64,000 bases of DNA, from assembly GCA_963716175.1 (NCBI GenBank), contig OY970296.1, forward strand, positions 1,728,001-1,792,000, read 5' to 3'. The notes under the pieces were generated by a model. The model saw only the letters and a list, made by a program, of their open reading frames with translations. It was not told the origin of the DNA and made no database searches. Made by a program: the position numbers and the translations under genes. Below are positions 30,150-39,508 of the stretch, piece after piece. The stretch's first letter is position 1; each line of letters begins with the position of its first letter. The stretch comes from an uncultured Armatimonadetes bacterium. Its GTDB lineage: Bacteria; Armatimonadota; Hebobacteria; Hebobacterales; Hebobacteraceae.

Positions 30150-32738
30150 TCAGAACTCCTGCCTGATGCCGATGGCGATGAAGCGAGGCGGGGTGCGAGA
30201 GAACGGAACGTACTGGACGGCACCATCACTGATCTGGCCCAGCACGGCACCGGTCCGGGGATGGAAGATCACGTAGCTGGTGACATCCTCCCGGTCGAAG
30301 AGGTTGAAGATCTGCACGTAGGCCTGGCGCCGGGGCCCGATCTGATAGGAGAGGTTCAGGCTGAGAGTCAGGTTCTTCCCGGTGTGGAGGGAATTGGGCG
30401 TGATGAACCCCTTGGCTGGATCGCTGGGGTCCAGGTAGTTGCGGGGCACCACCAACTCCTCCGGGCTGGTGGGGTCGTCGGGGTTGAAGTCGGGATTGGG
30501 CACGTGGGCGGGATCGCTCCCGCCGTCATCCAGGCCGCTCTGGCCATAGGGGAAGCCACTGCCCATCACCAACCACGGGTTCACCACCAGCTTGCCCGTC
30601 TGGTAGCGCAGGGCGAGCGCGAGGGTGCGCCGCTGGTTCCAGTCCACCGGGAACTCCTCCGCCAGACTGGCGGCATCGGTGCGGTTCAGGAAGCCGAAGC
30701 CATAGGGGTAGACATTGTCCTCGGGGCTGGTGGCCTTGGCATCCATCAGGGTATAGGAGAGCCAGCCGCGCAGCCGGTGAGACATGCGCCGGTCCAGCTT
30801 GAGTTCGAGGCCGCGGGTGGTTCCGGTGCCATTGGCGGCGAACCAGACCGGCGCGTCGGGGTCGAAGTCGGAGAGCCGGGCCGACGGGATGAGGTTGCCC
30901 TCGGCGTCCTCGACCACTCCCTGCCAGCGCTGCATCATCTGGCGGCTGTCGCGCCGGAACCAGGTAGTGGTGAGCAAGCTGCTCTCATCCAGCTTCCACT
31001 CGAAGCCCAGGTCTCGATCTCGGTCAACCTCGGGCTGCACCGGGAAGAAGGGGAAGAAGGCCATGTCCCAGGTGAGGCCCAGGTCAGCGAAATCCGGGAT
31101 CTCGCTGTTGTGGGGCAGGAATTGGGAAGCGATGAGATTGGCGCGGGGGAACCCCACGTAGCGGCCGGTGGAGGTGCGCACCAGCAACCTGGGGGAAAGC
31201 AGATAGGTGGCGCCGGCGCGCCCGCTGGTCTCGTGCAGATCCAGGCTGCCCGCGCCTGGGTTCGGGCGATGGTAGATCATCTTGTCCGCGCGCACCCCCA
31301 GGTTGAGGGTGAGGCGGCGGCCCAGCTCCCAGGTGTCCCCGAGGTAGGCCTGGGTGTTCTGGGTGTCGTTGTCGGAGACGGAGTCCAGCAGGCCGAAGGG
31401 GCTGAACTGGGTGCCGAAGACGCTGTAGCGGGAGCGGTTGGTGCTGCCAATCTGCCACACGCCGGCACTCAGGCGATGCCGGCCCAGCTGCTGCTGGAAA
31501 TCGAACTGGGCGGTGGTCATGCGCTCATTGCGGTGCTGCCAGAAGCCGTTGTCGGGATCGCCCAGCTCGAGCTGGAGGTAGTGCCTCAAGCGGGAGATGC
31601 GCAAGGTCCAGAAGGCGGCCGGGCTCAGCCGGTGCTTCAGGGTGAGGCCATCCAGGTCGTAGGCCTGCCGCGCGAAGTCTGATTCCTCGGGCGCCTCCAC
31701 CCACTCGCCGCGCGCCGGGTCGAAAGTCAGCTCGCGCTGGAAGGGGAAGAGGAAGTGACCGTAGCCGTGGGCCGAGAGCACGGTCACCTGGTCCCGGTCG
31801 CCCAGGTCGTAGCTAACTTTGGCGATATGATCCGAGACCGTGGGCGCGGCCGAGGTGAAGAGGTTCTCATTGTACTTGGTGTGCCAGGTGTAAAGGCCGT
31901 AGTACCACTCGGTGCGAGGCGCGGTGTCGCCGGCCTCATAGATCAGGCCGCCGTAATCATAGGGGGTGCCCATGCCCACATCCAGCAGGCGGCCCCGCAT
32001 CTGATCGCCTCGCTTCACCACCTGGTTGATGATGCCGCCCGTGAAGCCGCCGTACTCCGGCGGATAGCCACCGGTGAACAGCTCGAGGCGGTCTAGGCCG
32101 ATGGAGTCAATGTTGGTGGCGAACACATTGGCGTTGGGCTCGGTGATGGGGAAGCCATCCATGAAGTAGCCGACCTGGTTGGCGCGGGCGCCGCGAATGT
32201 GAGGATAGAAGGTGTTATCGGGAACCACCCCGGGCTGAGCGAACACCAGCCCCGGGAACTGATACCGGTCGTTGGGCTGAGAGAGCGTCATCTGCTCCTC
32301 GGCCGCGGTGACCACGTACTCCGAGGCCGTGACATCTCTGCGCAGCGCTACCCGCGGCGCGGTCACCTTGGCCGTCGCTCCCGCGGCCTCCACCACGGTG
32401 GCCGTGAGCTTCACCTCCAGTGCCGTCTCCTGGCCCTGCACCACCACGACATCGGTGACCTGGGCCTCGACGTACCCCACCAGACTCACGACCACGGTGT
32501 AGCTGCCGGGTGGGAGGCCAGTGATGACGAAGCGGCCCTGGGCGTCGCTGACGGTGCTGACGCGGGCCTCGGAAAGGGAGACATTGGCCCCGGATAGGGG
32601 AGCCTGGGTGCGGGCATCAACCACCGTCCCCGAGACCACACCGGTTACCGCCCCCCAAGCGGAAACGCCGGCCACTGCCAACAAGACTGCGACTACTGGT
32701 AGTAAGACTGCGATCGTTCGCCTGCTGGGTGCCCTCAT
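30150..32738 (-). CDS. TonB-dependent receptor with carboxypeptidase-regulatory-like N-domain
   Basis: Signal peptide, G.V.D..T..PL.GA.V, plug HIRGARANQ..Y..DG, NLFD, C-terminal PRF..GIRQEF. Confidence 0.88.
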   Translation of the reverse strand: MRAPSRRTIAVLLPVVAVLLAVAGVSAWGAVTGVVSGTVVDARTQAPLSGANVSLSEARVSTVSDAQGRFVITGLPPGSYTVVVSLVGYVEAQVTDVVVVQGQETALEVKLTATVVEAAGATAKVTAPRVALRRDVTASEYVVTAAEEQMTLSQPNDRYQFPGLVFAQPGVVPDNTFYPHIRGARANQVGYFMDGFPITEPNANVFATNIDSIGLDRLELFTGGYPPEYGGFTGGIINQVVKRGDQMRGRLLDVGMGTPYDYGGLIYEAGDTAPRTEWYYGLYTWHTKYNENLFTSAAPTVSDHIAKVSYDLGDRDQVTVLSAHGYGHFLFPFQRELTFDPARGEWVEAPEESDFARQAYDLDGLTLKHRLSPAAFWTLRISRLRHYLQLELGDPDNGFWQHRNERMTTAQFDFQQQLGRHRLSAGVWQIGSTNRSRYSVFGTQFSPFGLLDSVSDNDTQNTQAYLGDTWELGRRLTLNLGVRADKMIYHRPNPGAGSLDLHETSGRAGATYLLSPRLLVRTSTGRYVGFPRANLIASQFLPHNSEIPDFADLGLTWDMAFFPFFPVQPEVDRDRDLGFEWKLDESSLLTTTWFRRDSRQMMQRWQGVVEDAEGNLIPSARLSDFDPDAPVWFAANGTGTTRGLELKLDRRMSHRLRGWLSYTLMDAKATSPEDNVYPYGFGFLNRTDAASLAEEFPVDWNQRRTLALALRYQTGKLVVNPWLVMGSGFPYGQSGLDDGGSDPAHVPNPDFNPDDPTSPEELVVPRNYLDPSDPAKGFITPNSLHTGKNLTLSLNLSYQIGPRRQAYVQIFNLFDREDVTSYVIFHPRTGAVLGQISDGAVQYVPFSRTPPRFIAIGIRQEF

Positions 32739-32838
32739 GGTGACTGCTCCTCTCTAGTGCCTGCCCTGCTCCAATTCCCAGCGATACCACGATTCCACGT
32801 TTTGGCAGAAGTTGTGGGCGGTTGTTCTTTCCTTTGTG

Positions 32839-33762
32839 CTATCTCAGCTCGAATTCCACGGTGGCGTGGGTGTAGACGCGCCGGGGCTTGCCGTCCTGGA
32901 CGGCGGGCCGGTAGCGCCACCTGTGCACCCATTCGCGGGCGGCCTCATCCAGCCGGCGATCCCCGCTGGAGGCCGTCACCTGGACGTCGGCCACCGAGCC
33001 AGTCTCGGTGACAAGGACCTCGAGCCTGACCGTGCCCGCCACCCCCTCCGCAGCCGCGGACGGCGGGTAGTCCAGCGTGCCCTTGGCCACCACCTCGGGT
33101 TCGAGGCGGTCGGCCACCCGGGAGACGAAGCCAGGCTCGGGGGCGGGCTCACCAGGAGTGCTCTCCCCAGCTCCCGCGCCAGGGCCGACACCCGCGCCTT
33201 CGCCGCTACCCTGGCCCGAGCCGCTCCCTCCACCGCTGCCGCTGCCAATCCCTGGGCCGGTTCCGCTGCCTGCGCCCTCTCCGCTGCCCGGCAGCTCTCC
33301 CACGGGGGTCCGCCCACCCGGCGGCGCGGGCAGATCGCCGCGGGGGCTGAGTGAACCGAGATCCACCGGTCCGCCGCCTCCCCCTCCGCCGCCCTGCCCG
33401 GTGCGGGTCGGCCGACTGGCAACCTGCCTCGCGACGCGCGCAGAACGTGTCCGGTTGGGCTCGCGGGCGGTGACCCGAGGCCGGGACAGGGCCCGGGGGC
33501 GTGGCGGCTGAGTCTTGGCTGTTGCCACTGGCGAGAGCGCGGCTTCGGCGCGGGTCGAAGCCGGCGCTGGTGGCGACCACTCCACCAGGTCCACCGGCGC
33601 GACTACCACGGGGGCCGTCTCCCGGAAGACGCGAAGCTGATCGAAATCGGCCGCCCGAGCGGACTCGGCCGGGAGCCGGGCGGCGGCCAGCAGCGCCGCC
33701 CCGTGAAGCAGCAGCGCGATGGCAAAGGCCCAGTTGAGATGCCTTTCCGCGGCGTCTGTCAT
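32839..33762 (-). CDS. tonB: Energy transducer TonB
   Basis: TM helix with LLLH, Pro/Gly linker, YPPSA..EG..GTV...SSG..LD..A...WRYRPA. Confidence 0.85.
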   Translation of the reverse strand: MTDAAERHLNWAFAIALLLHGAALLAAARLPAESARAADFDQLRVFRETAPVVVAPVDLVEWSPPAPASTRAEAALSPVATAKTQPPRPRALSRPRVTAREPNRTRSARVARQVASRPTRTGQGGGGGGGGPVDLGSLSPRGDLPAPPGGRTPVGELPGSGEGAGSGTGPGIGSGSGGGSGSGQGSGEGAGVGPGAGAGESTPGEPAPEPGFVSRVADRLEPEVVAKGTLDYPPSAAAEGVAGTVRLEVLVTETGSVADVQVTASSGDRRLDEAAREWVHRWRYRPAVQDGKPRRVYTHATVEFELR

Positions 33763-34187
33763 GGCGCTTCTCTCGCCGCCTCCACCGGCCGGGTGGCGAT
33801 CGCCATATAGGCGGCGCCGGCACGCTTCACCGCGTCCATGGCGCGGATCACATCTCCGTGGCGGAGGTCGGCGTCGGCGTTGATGACCACCATCAGGTCT
33901 GGGCGCTGGCGCAGGCGCGCCTTCACCTGTGCGGTGAGGGCCTGCGGCAGCACCCTCTGCTTGTCCAGGAACACGTTGCCGCCGCGATCCAGGGTCACCA
34001 CCAGGGAGCGATCGCCCCAGGTCTGGGGGTTGGCGGCCTCGGCCCGGGGCAGACTCACCGGCAGTCCGGCCTGGCGGGTCATGGCCAGGGAAGCGATCAT
34101 GAAGAACACCAGTAGGAAAGCCATGGTGTCAATCATGGGGATGAGCTCGATGCGGGCCTTCTCCACCGGGGGGCGCTTAATGCGCAA
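33759..34187 (-). CDS. exbD: Biopolymer transporter ExbD
   Basis: IELIPMIDTMAFLLVFFM, V.LP.A, VINAD; TTG start inferred. Confidence 0.85.
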   Translation of the reverse strand: MRIKRPPVEKARIELIPMIDTMAFLLVFFMIASLAMTRQAGLPVSLPRAEAANPQTWGDRSLVVTLDRGGNVFLDKQRVLPQALTAQVKARLRQRPDLMVVINADADLRHGDVIRAMDAVKRAGAAYMAIATRPVEAAREAP

Positions 34188-34848
34188 GGGGCACTCCCTC
34201 TCCCTGCATCGCGGGGTGGACGGAGCTACTGCCTGCCTCGCCCGCGGTGCGCAGCAGGTGCTCGAGCTGGGTGGCGCGCAGCTCGATCTCCTCGGTGATC
34301 CGGCGCAGCTTATCCCGGCACCAGTTGTAGCCGATGAGGCTGAAGATGGCGATGGCAAGGCCGCTGGCGGTAGCGATGAGTGCTTCCGCTACTCCGCCGG
34401 TGATGCCCGCGGGGTGGCTGGTGCCCTTGATGGAAATGATCTGGAAGGCGGAGATCATCCCCAGCACGGTGCCCAGGAGGCCAAGCAGCGGCGCCAGGGT
34501 GACGATGGTGTCCAGCACTACCAGCCGGCGGTGAAGCAGGCTCTGGCTGGCCAGCATCCGCTCCTCCATGGCCTCGGAAACGGGGAGGCCTACGAGGTGG
34601 GCGCGCAGCCCGGCGGCCAACACCTCGGCGAGTGGGCTCGCGGTCTCCTCGCACTGGGCCAGAGCTTCCGCCCCGTCGCCGGCATGGAGGGCGCGGCGGA
34701 TCGCACTCAGCACCTCGGCGCCGCCCCAATCTGCGCTGCGCAGCGCCAGGTAGCGCTCGACGATCACGGTAGCGGCCAGGAGCGAGCAGACGGCCAGCGG
34801 CACCATCACCAGGCCGCCCTTGGACAGGGTGGTCAGAACCTCAAACAC
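34177..34848 (-). CDS. exbB: MotA/TolQ/ExbB proton channel
   Basis: GGLVMVPL, APLLGLLGTVLGMI.AF, GVAEALIATASGL. Confidence 0.9.
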   Translation of the reverse strand: MFEVLTTLSKGGLVMVPLAVCSLLAATVIVERYLALRSADWGGAEVLSAIRRALHAGDGAEALAQCEETASPLAEVLAAGLRAHLVGLPVSEAMEERMLASQSLLHRRLVVLDTIVTLAPLLGLLGTVLGMISAFQIISIKGTSHPAGITGGVAEALIATASGLAIAIFSLIGYNWCRDKLRRITEEIELRATQLEHLLRTAGEAGSSSVHPAMQGEGVPLAH

Positions 34849-34988
34849 TATCTCCTCCCACGCTAGCAGTACGGGGCGTGAGGCGCGCGCACAGTGACCC
34901 CCGCCTGGCGGCGGGTGCCTCTGTCCCGTGTGTCGCAGGGAGTTTATTCCACAGATTGCCCAGTCGTTACAGCCAGGGCCGAGGAGGG

Positions 34989-35268
34989 GCAGGAGGCAAG
35001 TGGCTAGGCTCTCTGGGCGCTGGCTAAGCCCGACCTTGCCGGGCCGCTGGCTGGGCCGGCGGAGCCGGCCGCCATCCCGGCCCTATCGGGCCTAGAAGCT
35101 GTTTCATAACCTTCCCAGGGAGGTTATGAAACAGCACTGCACAACGTCAGGCCGTGGCAGGCGCATTTCATGCGAGGGCGTGGTGCGGCCAGCTAGCAGG
35201 TAGGTTATGAAATACGCTCTGGCGACACCCCGGCCCGGCGTAAGCGGGCCTAGGGGCTCCTGCCCAAC
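34989..35268. repeat. ~280-bp composite repeat, copy 1
   Basis: Near-identical direct copy at 37845-38123; REP arms enclose CTAG-hairpin modules and a MITE-like core. Confidence 0.9.
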
Positions 35269-35284
35269 TTGAAGAGGGGCGCGA

Positions 35285-37666
35285 TCAGCCGAGAGGCAGC
35301 AGGTCGAAGGCACGGGCGATATAGACCGCCATCTGGTCGCGACTGCAGAGGTACTCCGGATGGTACCAGCCATCCGGATATCCGCCGGTTACGCCCGCGT
35401 CCTCGATGTACTGTATGTACTTGCGCGCCCAGAACTCACAGGGCACATCCGGGAACGGGGGAGCCTCGCATCCGAGGTCGGGTACGCCGGCCTCCCCCGT
35501 CGGGGTGGCGATGGCGCGGGCGATGAAGGCCGCCATCTGGCCGCGGTCAAGCTCCAGGGAAGGGCGGTAGACGCCACCGGTATAGCCTTCCACGATGCCG
35601 ACATCGTGGGCGTACTCGATGTACCTGTAGGCCCAGTGCTCGACCGGCACATCCTTGAAGGAGGGCTGGGCCGGGCCGGTCGGGACCCCGGCGTCGCCGC
35701 CGGCCAGGGCGCGGGAGATGTAGACCGCCATCTGGTCCCGGGTGACCACCTCATCGGGCTGATAGGAGCCGTCGGGGTAGCCCTGGACGATGCCCGCGTC
35801 GGCGCAGCCTTCGATCTCATCGAATGCCCAGTGATCCAGCCCCACGTCATCGAACCTGAGTATCCTCAGCCTGACCACCTGGCCATCGCCCTGGTCGGCA
35901 ACCCAGAGGGTTCGCTGGACGGGGTTCAGCGCGATGGACCAGGGCATGAAGAAGTGTCCGCCACGCCAGCGCTCTGTGCCGTCGGCCGCCAGGTGGACGA
36001 TCTGCCACTGTCCGTCATCGCCGGCCCAACACGATCCGTCCCGCGGGTTCACCGCCAACGTCAGAGGCGCCCCGAGGAAACGGGAAGTCTCGAAGCGACC
36101 GCCGCGCCACAGCTCTGTGCCGTCCGCCGCCAGATGCACCACCTGATTGCGCCCATTGTCAGCCACCCAAACCGACCCATCCGTGGGGTTGGCGGCGAGG
36201 AAAGCCGCGACACCGAACTGGCCGCCCTCCCACAGCCTCGTCCCGTCCGCGGCGAGATGGAGCACCGTGGTGTAGAGCGCCACCCAACATGAGCCATCGG
36301 TGGTGTTCACGGCAACAGGATCCGGCATCAGCAGCGGTGAGCTCCGCCACAACTCCGTCCCATCAGAGCCAAGATGGAAGACGATACCAGCATCCAGGTT
36401 GGTGACCCAGCAGGAGCCATCGCTTGGGTTCACAGATACCGAACTGGGAGAGGCGAATCTGTCGGAGCGCCAGATCTCTTTGCCATCTCCACTGAGGTGC
36501 ACGACCTGGTGGTTCCCGTTGTCGGCCACCCAGCAAGAACTGTCCGCAGTGTTGACCGCCACAGAGTAGGGCTGCGCGAAGCCACGCGCCTGCCACATTA
36601 GCGCGCCGTCTGACGCCAGGCGGACGATCTGGCTATCGGTGAGATCGGCGACATAAGCGGAGCCGTCCCCGGGGTTGACGCTGACTGAGAATGGCATTGC
36701 CAGCCAGCCGCCCCGCCACAGCTCTGCAGCATCTTTGGAGACATGGACCACCTGGCCGTGTTGCCAGTCCCCAACCCAGCAGGAGCCGTCTGCAGGGTCG
36801 GTTGAGAGCGGTCCTGTCGCAATGCCCCCGCGCGACCACAGCTCCACTCCAGCGGGCGATAGGAGCATAAGCTGCCCCGCGCCCGAGTCGCTTACATAGC
36901 AGGTGCCGTCCACGGGGTTGACTGAGAGGGAATCAACGCTGGCAAATACCGTGCTGCTCCATAGCTCCTGGCCGTTCTTGTCCAGATGCACCAGCCGGCC
37001 CGGTTCAGCCTCGCCAACCCAGCACGAGCCGTCGCCCTCGTTCACAGCTATAGCTATGGGATGTGAGGGCTCTGCGCTCCGCCACAGCTCCGTTCCGTCC
37101 TCGGCCAGGTGCACCAGAATGTTGATCGAGGAGTCTGCCAGCCAGCAGGAGCCGTCGAGGCGGTTCGCGGCAAGCTCGTTCGGAGTGCTGAACCCACCGC
37201 CCCGCCAGAGCACAGTTCCGTCCTTGGCCAGCTGCGCGACCTCGCCCACCGCCGTTTCCCCCGACCAATCGTACCCGCTCACCCAGCAGGTGCCATCCGA
37301 GTTGTTGACCGCGACCGCCTGCGGGCCCTTGAACGGGCCCCCGCGCCACAGCTCAGTTCCGTCGGGGGCAAGATGAACGATCTCGAGGTGCCGAGTGTCC
37401 GCGACCCAGCATGTCCCGTCATTGGAATTCACGGAGACGGAACTCGGGCCCCAGAAGCTATCCGTCTGGCTGAGCACTGTGCCGTCCTTCGCCAGGTGCA
37501 TCACGCTGCCGCCGATAGCCAGCCACGCGGACTGATCCGAGGGGTTGACGGAGACAGAACTCGGCCGGCCGAATGGGCTCCGCCAGGTCTCGACGACATT
37601 CTCGGAACGCGCAGTCGTGACCAACGAGAGGAGAAGAAGCGCCAACATAACGGGCCTTGCACTCAT
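35285..37666 (-). CDS. Secreted beta-propeller repeat protein with three C-terminal SLH domains
   Basis: Signal peptide; 14 ~42-aa P.SVSVN..DGSCWVAD...VHL..DG.ELW repeats; FDDV..HWA...GYPDG..P...TRDQMA x3. Confidence 0.9.
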   Translation of the reverse strand: MSARPVMLALLLLSLVTTARSENVVETWRSPFGRPSSVSVNPSDQSAWLAIGGSVMHLAKDGTVLSQTDSFWGPSSVSVNSNDGTCWVADTRHLEIVHLAPDGTELWRGGPFKGPQAVAVNNSDGTCWVSGYDWSGETAVGEVAQLAKDGTVLWRGGGFSTPNELAANRLDGSCWLADSSINILVHLAEDGTELWRSAEPSHPIAIAVNEGDGSCWVGEAEPGRLVHLDKNGQELWSSTVFASVDSLSVNPVDGTCYVSDSGAGQLMLLSPAGVELWSRGGIATGPLSTDPADGSCWVGDWQHGQVVHVSKDAAELWRGGWLAMPFSVSVNPGDGSAYVADLTDSQIVRLASDGALMWQARGFAQPYSVAVNTADSSCWVADNGNHQVVHLSGDGKEIWRSDRFASPSSVSVNPSDGSCWVTNLDAGIVFHLGSDGTELWRSSPLLMPDPVAVNTTDGSCWVALYTTVLHLAADGTRLWEGGQFGVAAFLAANPTDGSVWVADNGRNQVVHLAADGTELWRGGRFETSRFLGAPLTLAVNPRDGSCWAGDDGQWQIVHLAADGTERWRGGHFFMPWSIALNPVQRTLWVADQGDGQVVRLRILRFDDVGLDHWAFDEIEGCADAGIVQGYPDGSYQPDEVVTRDQMAVYISRALAGGDAGVPTGPAQPSFKDVPVEHWAYRYIEYAHDVGIVEGYTGGVYRPSLELDRGQMAAFIARAIATPTGEAGVPDLGCEAPPFPDVPCEFWARKYIQYIEDAGVTGGYPDGWYHPEYLCSRDQMAVYIARAFDLLPLG

Positions 37667-37844
37667 TCTTGCCCCTTGTCAAGCAGTTCGGCCCGCGCGG
37701 AGCACAGAGCGGAATGTCAATGCGATTATACCATCTGCTCGCCGTGTCTGGTTGACAGTGGCGAACAGGGGCCCGGAGGCAAGTCACCAGAGGCGACTGA
37801 AGTTCACCCGCCTCGGCCGGGCCCCTGCCCAACGAGGCAACGAT

Positions 37845-38123
37845 GCAGGAGGCAAGTGGTCAGGCCCTCTGGGCGCTGGCTAAGCCCGACTTCGCCGGGC
37901 CGCTGGCTGGGCCGGCAGAGCCGGCCGCCATCCCGGCCCTATCGGGCCTAGAAGCTGTTTCATAACCTTCCCAGGGAGGTTATGAAACAGCACTGCACGA
38001 CGTCAGGCCGTGGCAGGCGCATTTCATGCGAGGGCGTGGTGCGCCAGCTAGCAGGTAGGTCATGAAATGCGCTCTAGCGACACCCCGGCCCGGCGTAAGC
38101 GGGCCTAGGGGCTCCTGCCCAAC
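37845..38123. repeat. ~280-bp composite repeat, copy 2
   Basis: Direct copy of 34989-35268 with a few substitutions and a 1-bp indel. Confidence 0.9.
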
Positions 38124-38168
38124 GAGGCAAGTTCGATACACGCCTACGGGGGAGGCAGCTCAGCCGCG

Positions 38169-38417
38169 CTAAGTGCTCTGCTCGCGGAAGGCAGCCAGAT
38201 CCGGATGCCGCGGCGCGACCGCGAAGATGTAGATGATCTCCAGGATGCCAACCGTGTTCAGGATGACGAGCAAGATGAACCAGACAATCTGGTCGCGGCG
38301 GGCGGCGTACCAGAGGGCGACGGCTTTCCAGACATAGCCCCACAGCAACAGCAGCACGATCACAAGCAGGAATGCACGCGGTGGCATCCCTGCTGTAGCG
38401 TCCCCAAGGCCGAACAC
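38169..38417 (-). CDS. Small membrane protein, DUF5652-like
   Basis: WK..ALWYAARR.Q..WFI.L.ILNT.GILEIIYIF; GGAGGGAG RBS. Confidence 0.75.
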   Translation of the reverse strand: MFGLGDATAGMPPRAFLLVIVLLLLWGYVWKAVALWYAARRDQIVWFILLVILNTVGILEIIYIFAVAPRHPDLAAFREQST

Positions 38418-38636
38418 AGGCGTTCTCCCTCCGATACAGGTTGGGCGTCAGCAGGCATTCTACCAGAAGATGGGGGGAGAGCGAAGCATGACAGCAGGGC
38501 AGACCTCTGCGGCAATCCGCAGCAGGCGGGAAAAGCTGGTCACGCCCGGGATGCAGATTGCCGGCCCACGCGGCAGGCAAGCCGGCCTGGGGAGCGAAGC
38601 AGGCGGCAGCAGGTAGCCCGAGTGGGAGGTGCGGGA

Positions 38637-38909
38637 GTGAGCGAACAGGCAGAAGCTGCGGAGGGAAAGCCGATCGGCGAGGTCACGCACTATTTCGGCC
38701 ACATCCACGTGATGGCGGTGGACCTCACTGGCAACCTGGCGGTGGGCGAGAAAATCCGGATCAAGGGGCACACCACAGACCTGGTGCTGACCGTGGGCTC
38801 GATGCAGATCGAGCACCAGAACGTCTCCCAGGCTGGTCCAGGGGACTCGGTGGGCATCGAGGTGGCGGAGAAGGTGCGGCCCGGGGACAGCGTGTACCGC
38901 GCTGGCTAG
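38637..38909 (+). CDS. Small beta-barrel 'translation elongation factor-like' / U32 C-terminal-like protein
   Basis: IGEVTHYF, KGHTTD, SMQIEH, GDSVGI, VRPGD.VY. Confidence 0.75.
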   Translation: MSEQAEAAEGKPIGEVTHYFGHIHVMAVDLTGNLAVGEKIRIKGHTTDLVLTVGSMQIEHQNVSQAGPGDSVGIEVAEKVRPGDSVYRAG

Positions 38910-39184
38910 CCAGTGGGCCGGGCCCGCCGACTGGTTCCAGGATCCGGCAGCCGCGGGCGGGGCTGCGGGGCGAGCGGCCTCAAAAAGGGGGGAGGGGGGC
39001 ACTTGCGGGAGCGAGCGCAAGCGTGGTACAATGCGTGGCAATCCAGCGCAGCGGGGGGCAACAGGGCCCGGGCGAGCCGATCGCAGCCACGACCTTCCCA
39101 GCGAGCCGATCCTACTCTGCCTCATTTGTCCATCATCCCGAGGAGAGCTCAGCGGAGCGCTCGCAGGGGGGAAGGCAGGGTGCG

Positions 39185-39445
39185 ATGGGAAAGCCGCCGG
39201 CTCCGCCGACCTTGATCTACGATCATTCGTCGGATCCGGAGGACCAGCTCTGGGACCGCTTGCACGCCCGATCCCAGCTGGCTCCGGAGCTACGCGTGAT
39301 CGTCCACCTCAAGTCTGGGGCCACGCTGGTCGGACACCTCCGCTACTACAACAACTTCCACCTCACGGTAGCTTCCGAAGGACAGCTACGGGACGTGCTG
39401 TACCGGGACGTGGCGCACATTCTGCAGGCCTCGGAAGTGATGTAG
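39185..39445 (+). CDS. Putative divergent Sm/Hfq-fold protein
   Basis: Helix EDQLWDRL, then V.VHLKSG..L.G.L..YNNF.L.V and LYRDVAHI pattern. Confidence 0.5.
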   Translation: MGKPPAPPTLIYDHSSDPEDQLWDRLHARSQLAPELRVIVHLKSGATLVGHLRYYNNFHLTVASEGQLRDVLYRDVAHILQASEVM

Positions 39446-39508
39446 CCAGGCCGAAGGCTGGCCCGCCTGAGGTGGGCCTAGGCGGCCCGCCCCGCGGCGG
39501 CGGGGTGG

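Noticed and set aside
28614-31682. 1022-aa ORF as a real protein
   Set aside because: It crosses a terminator and runs antisense to the TonB-dependent receptor; a 1-nt frameshift near 29984 explains it.
34850-34985. Cobalamin or other riboswitch before exbB
   Set aside because: No B12-box or other recognisable aptamer motif.
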